Assembly: GCA_964019425.1 (NCBI GenBank)
Contig: OZ025783.1
Span: 1,240,001-1,304,000, forward strand
From: Flectonema sp. DT1601
Lineage: Eukaryota
Reading direction: 5' to 3'
DNA: 64,000 nucleotides
The translations under genes and the position numbers were made by a program. Below the pieces are notes generated by a model. That model was not told the DNA's origin. It saw only the letters and a list, made by a program, of their open reading frames with translations, and made no database searches. Shown piece after piece: positions 23,767 to 34,719 of this stretch (positions are counted from its first letter, which is position 1; each line of letters starts with the position of its first letter).

Positions 23767-24466
23767 ATGAATGCAAGTATTTTGACTGAGAGAACAGTTT
23801 TGATGAAGACGAAGTTAGAAAATCTTGATCAAGTTAAAAATTTAAACCTCTGGGGAAATGGAATATCAGACGTTGGGATCATTCGAAAGGTATTATTTTG
23901 TATTCATATAAAAATAATGTTTGAAATTAACAAAAAATAAAATAAAACAGATGACAAACGTCCAAGTCTTATCTCTGTCAGTAAATAAAATTACATCGCT
24001 AGCTGATTTTGCGTATTGTAAACAGTTAGTTGAGTTGTATATTAGAAAGAATGAAGTTAGCGTCCTAGCTGAGGTGAAACACTTGAGAGAGTTATCTAAA
24101 TTACGAATCTTATGGCTATGCGATAATCCGTGTGCTTCACAAAGTAAGTACAGAGCTTATGTTTTAAGAATACTTCCTGGGCTTGAGAAATTAGACAACA
24201 TTGACGTAACGTCTCAAGAACGTCAAGAAGCGGCGAAGATGGCGCAATCAGAGTTCGATCAAATAGAGAGAAGTGTTAGTCCAAAACCATCAGGTGATCG
24301 CTCTTCTCCAACACCACAGGGTGGTCGAACACCTCCTCGACGAGGTGAATCTCTTGATAAGTTGCAAAGAAACTTAGTAACTGCCGTTCTCGCATTAGCC
24401 GATGAGCTCAGCCCCACAGCATTAGAAGTGGTCTATCAAGACATAGCCTCTCGGATAAGGAAATAA
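23767..24466 (+). CDS. CFAP410: Cilia/flagella LRR protein CFAP410 (C21orf2) homologue; exons 23767-23889, 23951-24466
   Basis: LTERTVLMKTK.ENLDQVKNLNLWG|VLSLSVNKITSL..F..C..L.ELYIRKN...LWLCDNPC....YR..VL..LP.L.KLDN, plus the C-terminal NLVTAVLAL..EL helix; 61-nt GT-AG intron. Confidence 0.88.
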
Positions 24467-24704
24467 TCTTTCAAATAACCCCATAGTCTAAGGGTGATCG
24501 ATCTTTTTGTTTCCTTTCCTTATCTAATTATGATATTCTCGTGAGTTTTTTTTTTTTTTTTTTCCTCACAAGAATAATTTTTCTGTTTATGGTTAACTGA
24601 GTATTTAAAAAAAAAAAAAAAAAATTACACGAAAAATTATTATTCGTGTTTCTTAACAATATTATTTTTTTTGCAACAGTAGGTAATTGGGATTTAACCC
24701 TATT

Positions 24705-24821
24705 TTTTTTTTTTTTTGCATTTAACAAGTATTGTAAGAACGAAAAAAGAATGTTGGACAGCACACGTAAACCTCCTTTAGCCTTATCAGTTTAAGTCGG
24801 TTCACGGTTTCGTGCACAAAC
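24705..24821 (-). repeat. ~105-bp dispersed repeat with A-rich 3' end on the minus strand (SINE-like), copy 1 of 3
   Basis: ATTTAACAAGTATTGTAAGAACGAAAAAGAATGTTGG...TCAGTTTAAGTCGGTTCACGGTTTCGTGCACAAAC also occurs at ~28471-28572 and ~63028-63135. Confidence 0.85.
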
Positions 24822-25056
24822 CAAAAATACCTTTCTTTACTATCGTGTCAAAGTTCTTTTTGAAAAAAAATGGTTCGCTGAAAAAAAAAAAAAAAAAAAA
24901 ATCATTATAATTATAGTTTACCTTCATTACACTTCATATTTTGTTTTTCGTATCAGGATATATCTGAGTAGCCATAAACCGTCCAACAATATTATGGTAG
25001 TTTTATATAATATAAATAGTCTTTTTAAGTTATTCAGATTCATAGCATAACGTATA

Positions 25057-25293
25057 ATGGTTGGTGCGTTGGGTTGCAATCCACCACCTGGATCGAAAGT
25101 GTTGGACGATAAGACCATCATACCCGGGCATCAAGAGTACAGTAATCCGGAATCAGTTGTGGAAGGTAGTCAGTTTCCAGATATACAGCAATGTGTGAAT
25201 GATGTTCCAAAAAATTTCGAAGCAGAGTTTCGATGGGAATATGCAAAGGGAATTGCGGAGGGTATTGCAATGAACCCTGAAAGGACAATATAA
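25057..25293 (+). CDS. Possible small protein (78 aa), unknown function
   Basis: ATG-initiated, same strand as neighbours, non-homopolymeric composition; no recognisable motif. Confidence 0.4.
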   Translation: MVGALGCNPPPGSKVLDDKTIIPGHQEYSNPESVVEGSQFPDIQQCVNDVPKNFEAEFRWEYAKGIAEGIAMNPERTI

Positions 25294-25494
25294 TAACATT
25301 TTTTTTTTTACTGTGGAAATAAAAATTACTTTCCTCGTTTTTTTTTTCCCCTTCAACTAAGTTGGTTAACTGTGATAATAATATTGAAAAAAAAAAAAAA
25401 ACCAAATTCGGGTTTGGATGATCGACGCGACTACGAAGTCGTTCTTATTAGCATCAACCCCAAGAGAGGAATACACAACTTATTGATAACTAAT

Positions 25495-25562
25495 AACTTA
25501 CTGATGAAGGCCTAAAAAGGGACAAGTAGTATAAGATTAAGACCTGAAACTACATATTCTAT
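25495..25562 (+). ncRNA. Hammerhead-core-containing repeat (rearranged strand order), 5'-truncated copy
   Basis: CTTA-CTGATGA-AGGCCT...GTAG-TA-TAAG...AGACCT-GAAA-CTAC; same family as 56855 and 62395. Confidence 0.55.
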
Positions 25563-25859
25563 TACCCTTTGATGTTAGGAAACTGCAGAAATGAATACTT
25601 TTCTTTTATTGATCTCTACTTTTCTTATTCTCACTTTTCTGTTCTAAAATTAATGATACTAACTTATTCATCCTCGCCTGACACCGAAGTGTCCCCCTTG
25701 CTTTCTTCGCTGGGTAAGGGGAATGGTCCGAAGAAAGATTATTTTTAATCTTAGCCCGAAGCCAACTTGTTAGTTGTCCTACGAAATTTTGCTTTTTTTT
25801 GATTGACTGATAATTATTATTACTAACTTATTCATTCTCATTTAAGGACTTTCCATAAA

Positions 25860-26428
25860 ATGGCCGGGATTAAATTAAAAGATGGAGAAGCGAGACTGAT
25901 TGGAATCATCGGAGACGACGATACGGTCACTGGAATGCTCCTCGCAGGTGTTGGGTGTGTTATTTTTTTTTTTAGATTTATTTTTAGTGAATTTTTTTTT
26001 TTTTTTTTTTTGAATTTCATAACACTGAACTCTCAAACAGCGATACCAGAAAGGCTGCTGAATATGGTCCTAACTACAAGGTAGTAACTAGAGATGGACT
26101 GAGCTTGGATGAGCTTGAGAAGACGTTCCTTGACGTATGTACTCAAATACTTTATTGAAAAAAGCAAAAAAAAACAAAAAAAAAAAAAACAAATTCAACC
26201 CAATCAATTCCACAGATGACTAACCGCCCAGACATTATTGTTGTGTTAATCACTCAATCAGTAGCTAATGAGGTGAGACATTTAATAGTCAATCATACGA
26301 ACACGAAAACTATTCCTGCGGTGTTGGAAATTCCTAGCAAAGATGTTCCTTACGATGCCAACGACGATACTATTCTTCGAAAGGTAAACATAGCCTTGGG
26401 ATCTGGAGATTTAATTAAAAAGAAATAG
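25860..26428 (+). CDS. ATP6V1F: V-type ATPase subunit F; exons 25860-25954, 26041-26134, 26216-26428
   Basis: LIGIIGDDDTVTGMLLAGVG, then NYKVV...ELEKTF, then RPDIIVVLITQSVANEVR..IPAVLEIPSKDVPYD. Two GT-AG introns restore the frame. Confidence 0.93.
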
Positions 26429-26520
26429 TGATTTCACGCACCCCGTTCAAAAAAAAAAAAAAAAAAAAGGAAAAATTCTCAAGTGTTGGCATACTTGTTA
26501 ATATGTTTTTGAACGCAGCA

Positions 26521-26562
<42 letters not shown>

Positions 26563-27129
26563 AGCAACATCTACTTTTTGATGGAAGGGTGTCATTAAAG
26601 CTAACATTTCAGCATTCAGCACTTTTTTATCCGAAAAACTTACGCAAAAAAAAAAAACAAAATGGGGAGAGAAAAAAAAAAAAATAAACGCTCGTGGGTA
26701 GTATCCTCTTCAATAGTAATTGTAACCTCCTCGTGTGCATGTACCAACAGAAAGAATTACTTTAAAAAAAGGAAATGAGGAATATCGTAAACAGGCATCG
26801 AAAAATTCGCTCAATGAGAGAAGATGATTTTTTTTTTTTTTTTTTTAAAAAATTAAAGAAACAATGAAAGGAAAAAAAAAAAAAAAAAAAAAACCTCGCA
26901 ATACGGTATTCATACTTATTTATGTCTCACGTACAGTGTTTTTCTTATTTACTTCCTCTTCTTGTTTGAGACGTCAATACAATATAAATACATGAAGCAT
27001 GAATACCCGTAGTAGCCTTTGAGATGCCTTCATTTCGTAATACCTGAAGTTGGTGTAACTGATAATTTTTCCCCCTCTATCAATTAATTATCAAATTACC
27101 CCTCCAGAAAAAAAAAAAATAAATAAAAA

Positions 27130-28311
27130 ATGACTTCTCAAGGGAAGCGTAACAAAGTGTCAGTTGCCTACCTGGACTACAACGCCACGTCTTATGTTTG
27201 TACAGATGCGAAGAATGCCATGATTAATGCAATGGAATGCTGGGGAAATCCTTCTTCAGGTCATTGGTGTGGTAACAAGGCTAAAGATGTAATTCAGAAA
27301 TCAAGAATAGAAATAGCGAAATGTTTAGGGATCAAGACCGAAGAAGTTGTATTCACTTCGGGAGGCACCGAAGGCAACAATTATGCGATTCGAGGAACAG
27401 TTGACGCAGTTTTGAAAGAAGGAAAACAGGCTCATATCATTACTTCTAATATAGAACACCCGTCTGTTGAAAAAGTCGTTTCTTACTTGGAAACTAATCC
27501 CAACGTTTCAGTTACTCGCATCAAGTGCAATTCGTCTGGCTTTGTCTCAGCATCTGATGTCGAACAAGCCATCACTAAGGACACGGTTTTAATTACTGTA
27601 ATGCACGTAAACAATGAAGTTGGTAGCATTCAACCAATTAAAGAAATCGCACAAATTGCTAAAAAACACAACATAGTAATGCATACAGATGCATCGCAAT
27701 CGGTTGGGAAGATACCTGTGAACTGTGAAGAGTTGGAAGTTGATTTATTGACGATATGTAGTCACAAATTCTACGGACCCAAGGGTGTTGGTGCTCTTTT
27801 TGTAAGAAATGGAAAGACTCCAAACAGTTTTATGTTAGGAGCTGGCCATGAGAATTCAAGACGTGCTGGAACAGAAAATACGATTTTGGTCTCCGGAATG
27901 GCTGCTGCTCTAGCTTACTCGACGTCCAACATTACTAAAATACTAGCTCACACCAGGGCTATGAGAGACGTACTCATTACTGACTTAAAAGAAAAATTCA
28001 CAATAGAAATAAACAATACGTTGGACTCAACGAGTCTAAGCAACACTTTAAATGTTGCCATAAAGAGAAAAGATACGAACCGTTATATTCAAAGTTCTCA
28101 TTTATTTGCGAAAATAAGTGATAAGGTTGCAATCAGTACGGGTAGTGCATGTCACGCTGGTAGAACAATGGTGTCACCTGTTCACAAAGCAATGGGAATT
28201 ACTGCAGATCGATCGATGTCATCATGTAGAATAACAACTGGCTTAACAACAACAGTCGAAGAGATCCACTTCGCTGTAGAAGAAATGTCAAAAGCCGTTT
28301 ATGAACAGTAA
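27130..28311 (+). CDS. Class V PLP enzyme: group I cysteine desulfurase / selenocysteine lyase-like
   Basis: YLDYNAT, FTSGGTE, IEHPSV, HTDASQSVGK, SHKFYGPKG (PLP Lys), RRAGTEN, STGSACH (catalytic Cys); no obvious mitochondrial presequence. Confidence 0.92.
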   Translation: MTSQGKRNKVSVAYLDYNATSYVCTDAKNAMINAMECWGNPSSGHWCGNKAKDVIQKSRIEIAKCLGIKTEEVVFTSGGTEGNNYAIRGTVDAVLKEGKQAHIITSNIEHPSVEKVVSYLETNPNVSVTRIKCNSSGFVSASDVEQAITKDTVLITVMHVNNEVGSIQPIKEIAQIAKKHNIVMHTDASQSVGKIPVNCEELEVDLLTICSHKFYGPKGVGALFVRNGKTPNSFMLGAGHENSRRAGTENTILVSGMAAALAYSTSNITKILAHTRAMRDVLITDLKEKFTIEINNTLDSTSLSNTLNVAIKRKDTNRYIQSSHLFAKISDKVAISTGSACHAGRTMVSPVHKAMGITADRSMSSCRITTGLTTTVEEIHFAVEEMSKAVYEQ

Positions 28312-28470
28312 CCTTTTCATTATAAGAACCCGCATTGTATCAAAGATAAAAAAAAAAAAAAAAAGACCCTAACAGAGAGATAATTACAACAAAAAAAAGG
28401 GGATTACTTTGTCGATATATTAAGACTGTTCTTCATTGCTGTACTTCGTTGAGGGGGGGGTTTTTTTTTT

Positions 28471-28572
28471 GAATTTAACAAGTATTGTAAGAACGAAAAA
28501 GAATGTTGGACAGCGCACGTAAACCTTCTTTAGCTTTATCAGTTTAAGTCGGTTCACGGTTTCGTACACAAA
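28471..28572 (-). repeat. ~105-bp SINE-like dispersed repeat, copy 2
   Basis: Near-identical to 24720-24821. Confidence 0.85.
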
Positions 28573-29579
28573 CAAAATATATTTTTTTCAATACTAAAGA
28601 ACATGAATAAAGGAAGCTTCTGACTACGCTGGTTGACGAACTCAGCCTGTACAGAAATACGTATTAAGCCTTACACCACACCGTAAGAATCTATAAGATT
28701 ATTCCCTTCCTATATATTTGAAAGGGATGATGTTTGGAATGTATTAAACAAATAAAACGTTTTATTGGATTTAGTTCCTTCAGTTTCCTCTCTCTCTCTC
28801 TCTCTCTCTGTTGAGAGTTACTAAAAAATTGTGTTCCTCTGAGTCCATCTGTACTTCTACCTTTGCTCTTTACTGGCTTCCTGCGAGCCGGCGAAAAGCG
28901 AAAGTAAGGAACACTCGTATTTCCCCTTCTTTTGTTAGTACGTGGTTTCCAAAATTACTAATCTGTTTGTCACTGAGACAGAATATATATTTCCATTCTT
29001 TAAAACTCACCTTATCTTTGATTAACAACTACAAATATTTCTTTTCAGCCGAGTACTTGATATTAATTGGATTTTTCTTCTTCTTCTTCTTCTTTTTTTT
29101 TTTTGCCCCACTCACGGATTTAAAAAAAAAAAAAAAAAAAGCAACAACAAAAAAAGTCTAGCCATTATCATTCACAAAAACATAATTTTACTTTTTTGTT
29201 GTTGGGGATTGACTAAAAATTCTCCCTACAGGAACAGGAAGACGGGTTTTTTCTTCATGTGAGACTTCTCTTCTTGTTATTAGATTTGTTTTTTATTTTT
29301 ATTATATTTTCATTATTTATTGTTATTCAGAATTAATCAAATCACTACAATCAAATATGGATCACCCAATCAGCTTCTTGTCTTTAATGTTCTTTAATTA
29401 TTTTATAACAGAACACTATTGAAAATTTTTGTTTATATCTCTTCATCAGTAAGAACAATTGTATCTCAGAGAACTCTTTACGTTATCTTTTATATTTCTT
29501 ATTAATCTTACATCTGTTAAGTTGATTATTTTTGTTGTTGTAGACGTCGACAAACATCTCAGTGAGAAGTAACCGTTTA

Positions 29580-31057
29580 AATGATGAAATCATATTGTGG
29601 ACTTTATTGACTCCTCCTGGGGATTGAAATCTCAAACAATAAGAGACAGCATCGGCTGACTGCCTTCTGTGTATTGTATCCTTTAATCGTCGTCTCGTTA
29701 TTCTTCTTTTGTTGGTTGTGATGAGCATGTTGAACATCAGCAGTGACACCTCAACAGTGACACCTCAACAGTGACACCTCAACAGTGACACCTCAACAGT
29801 GACACCTCAACAGTGACACCTCAACAGTGACACCTCAACAGTAGCACCCGTCTTCCTACCTCGGCGGCAGCACGCATCACAAAAGCTGTTGGTTATTTTG
29901 TTTACTCCTTTCCTTGAATGATGAAATCATATTGTGGACTTTATTGACTCCTCCTGGGGATTGAAATCTCAAACAATAAGAGACAGCATCGGCTGACTGC
30001 CTTCTGTGTATTGTATCCTTTAATCGTCGTCTCGTTATTCTTCTTTTGTTGGTTGTGATGAGCATGTTGATCATCAGCAGTGACACCTCAACAGTGACAC
30101 CTCAACAGTGACACCTCAACAGTGACACCTCAACAGTGACACCTCAACAGTGACACCTCAACAGTGACACCTCAACAGTGACACCTCAACAGTAGCACCC
30201 GTCTTCCTACCTCGGCGGCAGCACGCATCACAAAAGCTGTTGGTTATTTTGTTTACTCCTTTCCTTGAATGATGAAATCATATTGTGGACTTTATTGACT
30301 CCTCCTGGGGATTGAAATCTCAAACAATAAGAGACAGCATCGGCTGACTGCCTTCTGTGTATTGTATCCTTTAATCGTCGTCTCGTTATTCTTCTTTTAT
30401 TGGTTGTGATGAGCATGTTGAACATCAGCAGTGACACCTCAACAGTGACACCTCAACAGTGACACCTCAGCAGTGACACCTCAACAGTGACACCTCAACA
30501 GTGACACCTCAACAGTGACACCTCAACAGTGACACCTCAACAGTGACACCTCAACAGTGACACCTCAACAGTGACACCTCAACAGTGACACCTCAACAGT
30601 GACACCTCAACAGTGACACCTCAACAGTGACACCTCAACAGTGACACCTCAACAGTGACACCTCAACAGTGACACCTCAACAGTGACACCTCAACAGTGA
30701 CACCTCAACAGTGACACCTCAACAGTGACACCTCAACAGTGACACCTCAACAGTGACACCTCAACAGTGACACCTCAACAGTGACACCTCAACAGTGACA
30801 CCTCAACAGTGACACCTCAACAGTGACACCTCAACAGTAGCACCCGTCTTCCTACCTCGGAGGCAGCACGCATCACAAAAGCTGTTGGTTATTTTGTTTA
30901 CTCCTTTCCTTGAATGATGAAATCATATTGTGGACTTTATTGACTCCTCCTGGGGATTGAAATCTCAAACAATAAGAGACAGCATCGGCTGACTGCCTTC
31001 TGTGTATTGTATCCTTTAATCGTCGTCTCGTTATTCTTCTTTTATTGGTTGTGATGA
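29580..31057. repeat. Nested tandem repeat: constant block of ~240 bp (4 copies, outer two partial) alternating with 14-bp minisatellite (CAGTGACACCTCAA) arrays of 7, 8 and 29 copies
   Basis: Arrays at 29741-29838, 30078-30189 and 30429-30834; the constant blocks are near-identical. Confidence 0.95.
29917..29996 (+). ncRNA. Candidate box C/D snoRNA (one per tandem unit; others start at ~29580, ~30268, ~30913)
   Basis: Box C ATGATGA and box D CTGA ~80 nt apart; no rRNA target could be identified by eye. Confidence 0.35.
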
Positions 31058-31335
31058 GAATACAGTCAAATGATTTCGTAGGTGTTTCTATCACAATATA
31101 AACAAGCAGGTTATTTATGTTACGAAATCACGTGTGCTGGTTGTCCAGTGTGGAAGACATATCCGTGGTGGGAGTCGTAATTACAAAATATGACCACATC
31201 AGTAACGTGTTGCTAATGATTTGATTACTAAAAATTAGTTGAATTTTTGGACTTCAACGCATTCCAATAAATAAATAATTTTTAAAAAAAAAAAAAACTA
31301 TTTTTTTTTATATAGAACTATTCACTTAGCTAGAA

Positions 31336-32752
31336 ATGTCCCATTTCAACTATCAGGAAGCTGAAGAGAAAGTTATTCCGATCACAGCCTTAACGAATTT
31401 GCACGGACAAGATTGGTTTATTAAGGCTCGTGTCACTGATAAGAGTGATGTCAGGAAATGGAACAATCCAAAAAGTCAAGGTATCCTTGGATCTGTTACG
31501 CTAGTTGATGAACAACAAGGTGCTATAAGAGCTACGTTCTTTAAAGAAGGTGTGACAAGATACTTCGAAGACTTACAAAAAGGTGAAGTTTACTACTTCG
31601 GACACGGAAGAGTTAAGATTGCTCAAAAGAGATGGTCTTCACTTCCTCATGATTACGAAATCAGTTTTGACGAGTCAGCAAGTGTTAACCCAGTTCCTTA
31701 TAATGATGCGAGGTCAGCAGCTATTCCGACTGCTGCAGCATCAAACTTTACAGTTCTTAAGGACATAGCTGACCGTGAAACTGGTTCAGTAATCGACCTT
31801 GTTGCTGTTGTTAGAGACTGCGGAACTAATCAAACAATGCAAAGAAAAGCGGGAGGATCAATTCAAAAGCGTACCATTCAGATTTGTGACAACACTACTG
31901 ATCAGTCATTTGATCTTACTCTTTGGGATTCCCAAGCAGAGATTTTTAATGCAGAAGTAGGAGCAAGTATCGTCACGAAGAACGCTCGGGTTGGACGCTT
32001 TCAAGGAACTATTCAACTCACATCTGGAAACACGATTGAAATAAATGCCCCTTCTGGAACACAGCTAAAGGGATGGTGGGACTTTCAAGGTGGTAAGGAA
32101 ATGGCTTTCCAACATCAGAGTTCTGGAGGTGTTCCACGTAAGGTAACCAGATCAGCATTGGAAGAGGTCGACACTCGTAATCTTGGAAGGGGAGCCCAAG
32201 CTGATTGGATTGACGTCAGATGCACAGTTTGCGCAGTCAGCGATAGAAACCCAACCTACACTGCTTGTAGTCATATTAAGGAAGATGGTAAACCTTGTCA
32301 TAAAAAGATAAGTGCAGACGGAGATCAGGGATCGACAGCTCGTTGTCCAACTCACAGCAACGTCGTACCTGTTGAGAGATACATCACATCAATGAAAGTT
32401 GGGGACCATACGTCTCATGTTTTTGCAACTACTTTTGACAAAGAAGCTATGGAAATGTTTGGAATGCCGGCGTCACAACTGGCGGCTAACCCAGCGGCCA
32501 TGACAACTATTAAGGACCGTGTTGAATGGAAGCCTTGTTTAATGGGACTTCGTGTACGTGAAGAAGCCCACGAAGGACAACTTCGCATGAAATACATCGT
32601 CAGCAGGGCAAAGGTTCTCGAAACCGCAACAGAACTCAAGCAGGACTGTTTTAGTATGCTCCTAGACATTGAAAGGTTTGTATTCTTTATAACACTTTCA
32701 TATTTTATCTATCTTATTGTTCTTTTACAGGTACTGTACAGAATCACAATAA
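31336..32752 (+). CDS. RPA1: Replication protein A large subunit lacking the RPA70N domain; exons 31336-32675, 32731-32752
   Basis: PITAL..W.IKARVT.KS..R.W.N....G, IRATFF, YEISFD, LTLW, C-terminal OB fold with Y.AC...C.KK...CP.H and ERY. A 55-nt GT-AG intron near the end gives ...IERYCTESQ*. Confidence 0.93.
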
Positions 32753-33289
32753 ACAAAACAGCTACCACACTGGGAAGCGTGCTGTTCGCTAGAAGTATCG
32801 ACATTCCTTCGTCACTGCGGTCTGTCACTGCAGTGTCGTGTTTAGTTATTTAGTCTTATCTGAAGCGCAAGTTCGGTTCGTTAATTTGTTAACAAGCGAT
32901 TTATCCAAATTGCACACTTTGGTCTGTGGTGAACAGGAAGGATATCCTGTTGTCAGCGCTTGTCAGTGCTGACGACAAACGACGAAACAATACTTGTACT
33001 CTAATGCTGTCAAAATGAATAGATGGCTGAGCTTCCTCTCACATGTTTAGATGCCTTACTGGTTTGCAGCATGGGAAAAAAAAAAAAAAAAAAAAAGAAG
33101 AAAAAGAAAATAGAACGAAACACTCGGTTTTCTTTACCGTTTCAAGACAACCCATCGCAATAAGCTATGCTGCAGTCTTAATTGGAAACGAAGTTGGATT
33201 CCGCCCGAAGCAGATGAGAAAGGGGAAAAAAAAAAAACTAAAAAAAAAAACCTCCTCCCTGTTTTCTTTGCAGTATGAAAAAAAATTGG

Positions 33290-33320
<31 letters not shown>

Positions 33321-33480
33321 CCTAGTTACGTCTCGACACGCTTCTATTTGTCAATTATAAATCAGTTCGGTCACCTAATTCTTTTAGCAGAGTTGTTTTG
33401 TGTAATTGATGTCGATCACACACTTAACTAATGCTATCATCCAATGCCTAACTCTTTCTTTTCTAAAGTACATCGACAAC

Positions 33481-34719
33481 ATGAGTTGTGATGAGCAACG
33501 GGATTTACGTTTTAACGAAGTCGTCGTATTGAAAGAAAGAAATCCAACTTTGGGAAGTGAATTTGATTTAGAAATTCCTGTCGATCGATTTGAGGATGCG
33601 ATGACAGCAGAAGAAGAACGGACAAGAGAACAACGTGTCCAACAAGAGTCTGATAGAGAACAACGGATTGGACAAAACGAATGCTATTTCGATCTTGAAG
33701 CCGCGATCCTCCAAATGGAAAAGACCGCTACAAGTAAAGACGAGTGCGATGAACTACCTGAAGCATATCACTATTTGGTTAATAACCACTTTGATGTTGA
33801 AATTTTACCAGACTTTTCAACGGACGTCATTGCAACTCCGACTGACGATACCGGACCTGAATGGAACTGTTCGATATTTTTACTTGATCACAAAACAGTT
33901 CCTTGTTGTACTGGCAAACGTCATCCTGTAATCAAGAAATACATACCAGCAGTAACAATTGCTGAAACACCACTTCCTGATGAAATGCCAATGATGTTTG
34001 TACCAAAATCATTAACCATTAACATGAATAATATTATGAACTCTGGTTGTGAACATGATGAAGAGATTGAAGCTGATTTTATCTCAGCAGATGAAGTGAT
34101 TAAGACTCCTGAATCGTATTGTTTAAGTCTTGATCAACAAGTTAACACGTCAACAGAATGGCCGTTAAACTTTTCTGGGAATCCAACAAGAAAAGATCCG
34201 TCGAGCTTAGATAATAATATTAAAGAAGTTGATGATAAATTGAGTCAACTGACACCTCCAATCTGTATAAATTATATTATAAACACCAATTATGAACATG
34301 ATGAAGAAATAGCAGCTGATTCTGTCTCAGCAGATGAAGTGATTGTGACTCCTGAGGAATGGCAGTTGAATCCAATTAAGGATTTTGAAATGAATTCTTT
34401 GATAGAAACTTCTCTCTTTTACGATCAACGTTATTGTGTTTCTCAAACTGAACTACCTTCTGACTTACGAATTGGATCAAAAATCACTGCTCGTGAATCT
34501 CCCAATAGTAGTTGGAAAACTCAAGCAGTCGAAACTATCATCATAAACACACAAAGTATTATAATTAACGGACTACTTTGGTTTGAAGTCATCTTGTTGA
34601 GACCAGAGAAAGATACAATTTTTCGAAAACCAGTTTCGGTATCCAACTCTCACATAAATCTTAGTGATGCTTTTGATTTAGAAATACCTGCTGACAGGTT
34701 TGAAGAAATAATGAACTGA
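33481..34719 (+). CDS. Acidic protein of unknown function with internal duplications
   Basis: ~412-aa ORF; FDLEIP(V/A)DRFE near both ends and EHDEEI.AD..SADEVI.TPE twice. Confidence 0.7.
   Translation: MSCDEQRDLRFNEVVVLKERNPTLGSEFDLEIPVDRFEDAMTAEEERTREQRVQQESDREQRIGQNECYFDLEAAILQMEKTATSKDECDELPEAYHYLVNNHFDVEILPDFSTDVIATPTDDTGPEWNCSIFLLDHKTVPCCTGKRHPVIKKYIPAVTIAETPLPDEMPMMFVPKSLTINMNNIMNSGCEHDEEIEADFISADEVIKTPESYCLSLDQQVNTSTEWPLNFSGNPTRKDPSSLDNNIKEVDDKLSQLTPPICINYIINTNYEHDEEIAADSVSADEVIVTPEEWQLNPIKDFEMNSLIETSLFYDQRYCVSQTELPSDLRIGSKITARESPNSSWKTQAVETIIINTQSIIINGLLWFEVILLRPEKDTIFRKPVSVSNSHINLSDAFDLEIPADRFEEIMN

Noticed and set aside
29741..30834. CRISPR or telomeric array
   Set aside because: Head-to-tail 14-mers with no spacers, internal location, and not a TTAGGG-type repeat.
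29483..31094. Four similar 69-88 aa minus-strand ORFs
   Set aside because: By-products of the tandem repeat, with non-ATG starts and orientation opposite to all host genes.
32676..32853. Hydrophobic C-terminal tail on RPA1
   Set aside because: Read-through of a GT-AG intron; the spliced form stops at 32752.
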